A DNA stretch of 38,756 nt, taken from Nitrospira sp. (GTDB lineage Bacteria; Nitrospirota; Nitrospiria; Nitrospirales; Nitrospiraceae). The notes under the pieces were generated by a model. That model ran no database searches and was not told the DNA's origin. It saw only the letters and a program-made list of their open reading frames with translations. The DNA lies in the NCBI GenBank assembly GCA_016873525.1, contig VGXD01000001.1, positions 1 through 38,756 of the forward strand. Reading direction: 5' to 3'. Each line of letters begins with the position of its first letter. The stretch's first letter is position 1. Made by a program: the position numbers and the translations under genes. Positions 32,786-38,756 of the stretch are shown piece by piece.

Positions 32786-33391
32786 TCAGAGATACCGACG
32801 GTCCTTCACCGTGCCGGCGTCGTCGAATTCATACAACAGGGGCGCGCCGGTCGGGATATTCAACTCCAGCACCTGTTCCCTCGTCAGCCGGTCCAAGTGC
32901 ATGACCAAGGCCCGCAGGCTGTTGCCATGCGCCGCCACGATCACGTTCCGACCGGCCAGGATGTCGGGGCGGATGCGGCGCTCGTAATAGGGCAACACCC
33001 GCTCCGCCGTGTCCTTCAAGCTTTCTCCGCCCGGCGGGCGCACGTCGTAGCTGCGCCGCCAAATCTTCACTTGCTGCTCGCCATATTGCTGCATCGTCTC
33101 GATCTTGTTGAGGCCCTGCAACTCGCCGTACATCCGCTCGTTGAGCGCCTTGTCTTGCTCGGTCGGCACGTTCGTCTGGCCGGTAACCTCCAACACGATG
33201 CGCAAGGTGTCGATCGCCCGCTTCAGGACCGAGGTGTAGGCCACATCAAACCGAACGCTCTTCAGTTTTTCCCCGGCCGCGCGGGCTTCTTGCTCGCCCT
33301 TCGGAGAAAGCGGCACATCCACCCAACCGGTAAAGCGATTTTCCAAATTCCACTGCGACTCTCCATGTCGAAGCAACACCAACTGGGCCAT
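32786..33391 (-). CDS. gpmA: 2,3-bisphosphoglycerate-dependent phosphoglycerate mutase (short form)
   Basis: [10 protein letters not shown] with the catalytic His, RFTGW, and the second His in [18 protein letters not shown]. Confidence 0.93.
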   Translation of the reverse strand: MAQLVLLRHGESQWNLENRFTGWVDVPLSPKGEQEARAAGEKLKSVRFDVAYTSVLKRAIDTLRIVLEVTGQTNVPTEQDKALNERMYGELQGLNKIETMQQYGEQQVKIWRRSYDVRPPGGESLKDTAERVLPYYERRIRPDILAGRNVIVAAHGNSLRALVMHLDRLTREQVLELNIPTGAPLLYEFDDAGTVKDRRYL

Positions 33392-33723
33392 TCATACCCT
33401 CCGCTTATTATTGAGCAAGTTAGAGAATACGAAATCAGCCCAGTAAGTCAAGCGACTCGTTGATGAAGGCTTCCGCTCGTCCAAATTCAAAACTTCTGAA
33501 CAGGCTGGAAGGCAGAGCGCCTTGCGGCGTGCCGGTCTGGCATTTCGATCTCAAGAACAAACCACGAACTTCCAAGAATGCAGTGATGAATAACGTGTGC
33601 AACTGGTTGGTTTTGTTTGGCTCCATCCCTTGCACTAAAGTCTGGCGAGCACTGGTCCGAGACAGAGATGTCCACTAACCTTAGACTCGATGAGGGAATA
33701 CCCGCGTCGAGAAGGAGGGTCTC

Positions 33724-34014
33724 ATGAAACGCACGATTGGCGTCTTTGTGTGCATGGCGGTTCTAGGAATCATCGGGATGCCCATATCCTCACTCGTAGG
33801 GGCCGCCGACTCGGCGCCTGCCAGTAAGGTAGCGGCCCAAAAGAGCGACATGGCTAAAGCAGCGCCCAAGAAGGCAGAGTCGTACCCGGAGCCCGTCTGG
33901 TCGACGGACACCGAGCCGCCCAAGAATGTGGCCGCCCCTGCCAAGCCCAAGGAAAAGCCCTATGATGGACCCATCTGGTCGACGGACACGGTCCCGGAGA
34001 CAGGCAGCAAGTAA
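33724..34014 (+). CDS. Small secreted protein with a duplicated P.WSTDT.P motif
   Basis: Signal peptide (VFVCMAVLGIIGMPISSLVGAADS), GAAGGAGGG SD, and repeats YPEPVWSTDTEPP / YDGPIWSTDTVPE. Confidence 0.6.
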   Translation: MKRTIGVFVCMAVLGIIGMPISSLVGAADSAPASKVAAQKSDMAKAAPKKAESYPEPVWSTDTEPPKNVAAPAKPKEKPYDGPIWSTDTVPETGSK

Positions 34015-34299
34015 GTCCGACCATCGTCGGACGGGAAGGATAGGCGCACCCATCTGACTGCTGACTGAACTCAACCACACGACCCCTCGGAGGCATCCTC
34101 CGCTGGGGCCGTGCGCGTTTCATGACAAAGACCTGCCCCCGCCATTATTCCCACTAAATCGTTTTCGGATCACCTTGGTCTCAGTCGCCTCCCTTCATTG
34201 GCTTATTCGAACGGCAGAACTCAAGTTTGCAGCCCCCCTATCCGAACAAAGCAATTGGAGCAGTCGCATGGATCGACAAGACCAAGGGAGCGTTCCGTT

Positions 34300-34623
34300 A
34301 TGGGAGTGAAGCGAGAACTCTTCCGGGTCAGCATGGCTCGTGAGGGGGTCGTTCGTTGTGGGACAGAGGTCGCACCCTGCGCCATCACCGACCTGACGTC
34401 CCACGGGATCGGGGTGAGCACCGACCTCCAAGCCGTTCGAGGAGATACCCTCGAACTGATGTTCCATCTCACGGACAAGCACCCGATTTGCTGCACCATC
34501 CTCGTCACCTATGCCACGCCGCCACACCTGGGAGGACGCATTACGGCGATCTCCTCCGAACACCGAAACCAACTCGCACGCTACATTGAACAACACGCAT
34601 TCATCGCTCTCACGGCCTTCTGA
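34300..34623 (+). CDS. Single-domain PilZ-like protein (degenerate motifs)
   Basis: KRELFR (RxxxR-like) and DLTSHG (D.S..G-like) occur at PilZ-appropriate spacing. AAGGGAG lies 9 nt before ATG 34300. Confidence 0.5.
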   Translation: MGVKRELFRVSMAREGVVRCGTEVAPCAITDLTSHGIGVSTDLQAVRGDTLELMFHLTDKHPICCTILVTYATPPHLGGRITAISSEHRNQLARYIEQHAFIALTAF

Positions 34624-34643
34624 TCAAGACAAGCATCGCGACG

Positions 34644-35534
34644 ATGATGAGCCCAACAGAACAGGCATCGGAAAGCAGGCCGTTGCTCTACGTCACGACG
34701 GCCGTCCTGATGCTCAGCACCGTGTCCCCCATCACCAAGAGCCTTCTGCAACACCATGACATCGCGCCCTTCGACCTGGTGTGCCTCAGGGTCCTCATCG
34801 CCTTTTCGTGTTTGTTTGCGATCACGCTGATGGGGCCTTGGCAAGAACTGTTTCAGATGCCCGGAACCGACATCATTCGCCTGACCTTGTTGGGAATCCT
34901 CGGCGTTGGGGCCGCCTATGGGTTCGCCGGCTTGGCGCTGGCCTATACAAGCGTCAGCCACTACACGTTGATCTACAGCTTGAATCCGACCTTCACCGCC
35001 CTCTTCAGCCTGCTCCTGAAGAAAGACCAAGCCAGCACGTTCAAGACCATCGGCATCTCCCTGTCCCTGGCCGGCTGTCTGCTCGCGATTCCTGTCGTGA
35101 CACAAGACCAGACAGTGGGGTTCGGGGACTTGCTCGCATTGCTGTTCACCATCTCGGCGTCGGCTTGTGTCGTGCTCAGCACCGGCATGGTGAAACGCTA
35201 TGGCGCCGTGGTGGCCACCACGGTCATGTTCGGCAGCAGCCTCTGCTTCCTCTTGCTGGCGGCCATGTTTTGGTCAATCCCTGCCCGCTTCCACGTAAGC
35301 TTATCAAACGGGCTCCTGATTGCCTATGTCGGGATCGCCACGGCAGCGGTCTTCTTTTTTCGCAACCTCTCGCTGAAATCACTGACCCCGGCCACAGTGG
35401 GAGCCTTTCACAATCTCGTGCCGATCCTCGTCATCTTGACGGCCTATTGGTTCCTGGATGAGCCGGTGACTTCCCAGATGGTCGTGGGGGGGCTCATCAC
35501 CCTCAGCGGTGTCGAACTGGTCCGACGCGGCTGA
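34644..35534 (+). CDS. DMT-superfamily EamA transporter
   Basis: About ten hydrophobic segments in two EamA-like halves; typical length of 296 aa. Confidence 0.85.
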   Translation: MMSPTEQASESRPLLYVTTAVLMLSTVSPITKSLLQHHDIAPFDLVCLRVLIAFSCLFAITLMGPWQELFQMPGTDIIRLTLLGILGVGAAYGFAGLALAYTSVSHYTLIYSLNPTFTALFSLLLKKDQASTFKTIGISLSLAGCLLAIPVVTQDQTVGFGDLLALLFTISASACVVLSTGMVKRYGAVVATTVMFGSSLCFLLLAAMFWSIPARFHVSLSNGLLIAYVGIATAAVFFFRNLSLKSLTPATVGAFHNLVPILVILTAYWFLDEPVTSQMVVGGLITLSGVELVRRG

Positions 35535-35915
35535 AGGCTCCTTCGAGGCCACAACCGTCGCGCCAGCTCCGTCTTCCGGACACACCCCTATCCTGATTAT
35601 CGCCGCATCACATTGCGCATTACGCTCCCGCATTTCCAGGTGGCACAGGGCAAGGCTGCCCGTCCGACGTTTCGCCATTCTTCCCCGGTGGAGCGGCGCC
35701 TAGTGCGGCCGGCCACCGTCTTCTATGCTCACCGACCAAGTCGAAGGGTTGCCAGGCTGCCTCACTGCGGCCGTCGAGCGAGCACCTTCTGATCGTGCGC
35801 GCTCCGGGAGCACAGGGGAGCCTGGCACCCTTCTATCCTCCCCCGCTTCTTGCAATCCCCTCGATACAGACGGTACCATGCCCGCGCATCCGGACTGCCC
35901 GACGGGAGTGTGCGC

Positions 35916-36764
35916 ATGTTGTCTCCGCAAGCGACGTCCGACCAACGGTGGCGTGACCTTGAGCGCTGGTGGGTCGGGATGGCCCAGCGCCTGGGCGTCG
36001 TTGAACTGGGACAGGGTTTTTTTGCGAACGCGCGCGGGCCGCAGGGCGTGCTGGATCGTGTCGAGCAGGCGGGGAGCGACGTCCATTACATCCTGTTCGT
36101 CTTGCTTCGCTATTGGATCCCGCCGGTCCTCCCGCCTCCGGGACGGGAACGGGCCTCCAAGAACGATCAGGATTATTGGCTGGAGTCCGAGCAAATCTTA
36201 AAGAGCGCCGTGGTGCGCTTGCGGGAGCTGAAACCGCTCATCGAGCTGCTGACCTCGCCGAATCCCTTACACCCCGATCAGGCGCCTCCATCCTCCCAGG
36301 CCAAGCCGGTCGTCGAAGTGGAGTTGGCGCAGATGCTCGAAGGCATCGCCGAGGTGGCCGGCAGCTACGGCGGGCCCGATTACACGTCGGTCATCAAGAA
36401 CTTCGATCCCATTCCGCTGCGACAGACGCAGCCGTTCAAGCACAACAAGAAACACAGCGCCGAGCTTTGGGTCGTGTTTTTGCTGCGCGAACATTTCAAG
36501 GGGTTGGGACTGGGGAAAGACCGCTACTGGAGGCTGATCGCCGACGTCCTGGCGGCAGCGGGAATCCACCAGCCTTCCGGGATCCCCTATGCGGCGGACG
36601 AACTCAAATCCTGGTGGCAGAAAAACTGGCCCCGTACTTACACGAGACTGGAACAGAAAAGCGGCTCAGCCGAACCCTCCGCCCAGGCCTATCAACACGA
36701 CTTCGACTGGTTTCGCTCCTGGTTTGCCTGGCAGACATCCCGTCCCCAGCAACCCGAGCGCTGA
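35916..36764 (+). CDS. Hypothetical Trp-rich protein
   Basis: GGGAG sits 8 nt before ATG 35916. Protein-like composition, unlike the Arg-rich overlapping ORFs. No family recognised. Confidence 0.5.
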   Translation: MLSPQATSDQRWRDLERWWVGMAQRLGVVELGQGFFANARGPQGVLDRVEQAGSDVHYILFVLLRYWIPPVLPPPGRERASKNDQDYWLESEQILKSAVVRLRELKPLIELLTSPNPLHPDQAPPSSQAKPVVEVELAQMLEGIAEVAGSYGGPDYTSVIKNFDPIPLRQTQPFKHNKKHSAELWVVFLLREHFKGLGLGKDRYWRLIADVLAAAGIHQPSGIPYAADELKSWWQKNWPRTYTRLEQKSGSAEPSAQAYQHDFDWFRSWFAWQTSRPQQPER

Positions 36765-36783
36765 CCAGATCGCGCCGGCCTCA

Positions 36784-37425
36784 TCATAAGACCGTCCGCT
36801 TCGGAACCGGCCGCATCTTGTCGAGCGGAAACAATCCGCCCTCCGGCGCCCCTTCGCGAAGGGCGTTGATCACGAACGCCGCCACAAGGAGGTGCAGGAC
36901 CACCCCCACCCATATGACGTAGGGCTGCACCCCTCCCAAGTCCCGCAACATGCGCTCCCGCGCCGCGTTGTCCAGGCCCTGCCGTTGATGAATGGCGGCG
37001 AAGTGTTCCTTGACGTGCCAGTAATAAATGTAGTTGGCGCTGACCCCGGCCATGATGCGCCAGACGATCCCGACCGTGAAGTCGCCCGTGACGTAGGCCG
37101 AGAGCACAGGCCCCACCGCATAGACCGCCGCGTAGAGGTACATCTTGCGGTACAAGAACCAGAGAAAGGGATCGAGCAGGAAGGCCGGCCAGTGCCAGGT
37201 CAGGGCAAAGCGAGAGCCAGTGCCGCTTGCGCCTCCGGTAAACTTCTTGAATTGCGCCAGATAACGGTCGGCATTCGGGCCGATGAAGGCCCGCCATTCC
37301 TGCTGTTCATCCATCGGAAGGGAGGCTGCCTGCTCCGGCGGAGAATCCGGGAAGGCCGTACCGCATTGCCCGCAAAAGAGCGCCTCATCGGGATTCTGCT
37401 GCTCGCATTTCTGACAGGCTTTCAT
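36784..37425 (-). CDS. Zinc-ribbon plus DUF2628-like membrane protein
   Basis: N-terminal CQKC..x11..CGQCG zinc ribbon, then a FALTWHWPAFLLDPFWFLYRKMY-type membrane domain. Confidence 0.7.
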   Translation of the reverse strand: MKACQKCEQQNPDEALFCGQCGTAFPDSPPEQAASLPMDEQQEWRAFIGPNADRYLAQFKKFTGGASGTGSRFALTWHWPAFLLDPFLWFLYRKMYLYAAVYAVGPVLSAYVTGDFTVGIVWRIMAGVSANYIYYWHVKEHFAAIHQRQGLDNAARERMLRDLGGVQPYVIWVGVVLHLLVAAFVINALREGAPEGGLFPLDKMRPVPKRTVL

Positions 37426-37652
37426 ACGATCGGCCGGCCGGTTTCACGGCCGGATCCTTTTCTCTGGATGGACCTATGCGGCTTCATGGCGTTGCGGACC
37501 CTTATAGCATTGTTGCCCCTGGGTCTCAAGTGCGATCCTGGTGAAATTTCTCAATAGTCAGAACGGGATACGGGTCTCCGGCGCCGAGTTTCATGTTGCG
37601 TCCAAGCCGAGCGATATGTTACGTTTCTAGGATTCACGCGGGGTCTGAACGG

Positions 37653-38756
37653 ATGCCGACAGAAGAGTTACGCAAGGACGCCGACCGCTACCTGATGAAC
37701 ACCTATGCCCGCACGCCGATCTCGATCGTGCGCGGGCGCGGCAGCCGGGTCTACGACCTGGAAGGCCGGGAATACCTGGACTTTGTCGCCGGCATCGCCG
37801 TCAACGTCCTCGGCCATTGCCACCCCGACGTCGTCGAGGCCATCCAAAAGCAGGCGCAGCAGCTCCTGCACACGTCCAACCTCTATTATACGGAACCCCA
37901 GGTCCAGTTGGCCCGAACGCTGGTCGACCACTCCTTCGCCCAGAAAGTATTTTTCTGCAACAGCGGCGCGGAGGCGAACGAAGCGGCGATCAAGCTGGCC
38001 CGCCGGTATTCGCACCAGAAGTACGGGCCGGACCGCCACGAGATTGTGACGATGCGGCAATCCTTTCATGGCCGGACGATGGCCACGCTCTCGGCCACAG
38101 GCCAAGAAAAAATCCAGAAAGGGTTCGAGCCGCTGCTGCCCGGCTTTGCCTACGTCCCGTTCAACGACCTGCCCTCGGTGGAGGCGGCGATGACCAACCG
38201 CACCGCCGCCGTGCTCCTGGAACCGGTCCAGGGCGAAGGCGGGGTCCACGTGGCGGATCGCGCCTACCTCAAGGGGCTGCGGGAGTTGTGCCGGTCGCGC
38301 GATGTGCTCCTGATATTCGACGAGATTCAGACCGGCATGGGCCGGACCGGAACCTTGTTTGCCTACGAGCAATTGGGGGTCGAGCCGGACATCATGACCT
38401 TGGCCAAGGGCCTGGGGGGCGGCGTGCCGATCGGCGCCTGCCTGGCGACGGACGAGGTTGCGGCCGCCTTCACGCCGGGAACGCATGCCTCCACGTTCGG
38501 CGGCAACCCCCTGGCCTGCGCGGCGGCCCTGGCGGTCCTGCGCGTCCTGCTGGAAGGCCGGGTGTTGGAACAAGGCCGCCGGATGGGCGAGTACCTGGCC
38601 AAGGGCTTGCTGGACTGCAAGGACCGCCTCCCGATCGTCAAGGATGTGCGCGGGCTCGGACTGCTGCGCGGCATGGAGCTGGCGATCGACGGGAAGCCGG
38701 TCGTGGCAGACTGCCTTGCCCGCGGCATTCTGATCAATTGCACGGCGGATCGGGTG
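37653..38756 (+). CDS. argD: Acetylornithine aminotransferase (3' end outside the window)
   Basis: Frame is open from ATG 37653 to the window end (368 codons). Class III aminotransferase motifs: DFVAGIAVNVLGH, FFCNSGAEANEAAIKLAR, SFHGRT, DEIQTGMGRTG, and TLAKGLGGG with the PLP lysine. Confidence 0.92.
   Translation, partial: MPTEELRKDADRYLMNTYARTPISIVRGRGSRVYDLEGREYLDFVAGIAVNVLGHCHPDVVEAIQKQAQQLLHTSNLYYTEPQVQLARTLVDHSFAQKVFFCNSGAEANEAAIKLARRYSHQKYGPDRHEIVTMRQSFHGRTMATLSATGQEKIQKGFEPLLPGFAYVPFNDLPSVEAAMTNRTAAVLLEPVQGEGGVHVADRAYLKGLRELCRSRDVLLIFDEIQTGMGRTGTLFAYEQLGVEPDIMTLAKGLGGGVPIGACLATDEVAAAFTPGTHASTFGGNPLACAAALAVLRVLLEGRVLEQGRRMGEYLAKGLLDCKDRLPIVKDVRGLGLLRGMELAIDGKPVVADCLARGILINCTADRV

Noticed and set aside
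33392-33723. 330-nt AT-rich non-coding region between gpmA and the small secreted protein gene
   Set aside because: I looked for tmRNA, SRP, 6S-like long-range pairing and terminators. Only short imperfect hairpins were found, with nothing I can name. It may simply hold the divergent promoters.
34054-34068. CTGACTG CTGACTG A, a possible fourth heptamer-array element
   Set aside because: There are only two tandem units. The only inverted partner is a degenerate single copy (ctcagtcg) about 115 nt downstream, so it does not meet the architecture of the three clear elements.
35651-35668. TGGCACagggcAAGG as a sigma54 promoter upstream of the Trp-rich hypothetical
   Set aside because: The -12 position reads GG instead of the invariant GC, so it fails the core requirement.
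36113-36922. 269-aa plus-strand ORF overlapping two predicted genes
   Set aside because: The translation is extremely Arg/Gly/Ala-rich. It overlaps both the Trp-rich hypothetical (in a different frame) and the minus-strand DUF2628 gene.
37541-37557. GTGAAATTTCTCAATAG as an ArgR/AhrC ARG box upstream of argD
   Set aside because: The half-sites TGAA/TCAA are present, but the spacing is one nt short of the remembered consensus and only a single box is found.
37668-38573. 301-aa minus-strand ORF
   Set aside because: It is antisense to the argD reading frame, which carries the class III aminotransferase motifs and is open to the window end.
1-38756. CRISPR arrays, transposases, integrases, restriction or other known defence genes
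   Set aside because: Scanning the ORF translations and intergenic regions showed no regularly spaced direct repeats of 25-40 nt and no such protein signatures.

Overview
GC-rich bacterial chromosomal segment, densely coding: about 45 supportable CDS and one tRNA. I found no transposase, integrase, CRISPR array or recognisable defence genes. The lineage cannot be fixed from sequence alone.

Layout:
- 1-12.6 kb: one co-directional housekeeping supercluster (ruvB | pheA-hisC-aroF-tyrA-aroA-cmk-plsC-rpsA-sppA-ihfB), then a four-repeat PCP_red-domain protein.
- 12.7-21 kb: more accessory-looking. It holds lipoproteins, an FG-GAP propeller lipoprotein, two micro-ORFs, a D-Ala-D-Ala carboxypeptidase, a LysR regulator divergent from an exported truncated haemoglobin plus DsbA-like pair, and two tandem internally duplicated YjeT/DUF2065-like membrane proteins.
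- 21-29.3 kb: htrA-lipB-gdh on the minus strand, joined by overlapping stop/start codons, then a sigma-70 family factor, trmI, an SDR, and aroE-aroK.
- 29.3-38.8 kb: two paralogous RRM RNA-binding protein genes flanking tRNA-Arg(UCG) and a visibly AT-richer islet, then gpmA, a PilZ protein, an EamA transporter, hypotheticals, a zinc-ribbon/DUF2628 membrane protein and the 5' part of argD.

Most interesting observations, none of which I can tie to a described element:
1. Three intergenic elements share one architecture: 3-5 tandem heptamers, a 26-44 nt spacer, then the complementary heptamers in inverted orientation. One of them pairs the tyrA stop codon with the region just before the aroA start.
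2. A nested 12-bp/9-bp helix element sits in a convergent intergenic region.
3. The two RRM genes have conserved CU-rich, anti-SD-containing leaders.
4. The truncated haemoglobin is lipoprotein-anchored and has an altered distal pocket.

Many long antisense ORFs in the track are GC-driven artefacts and were rejected.
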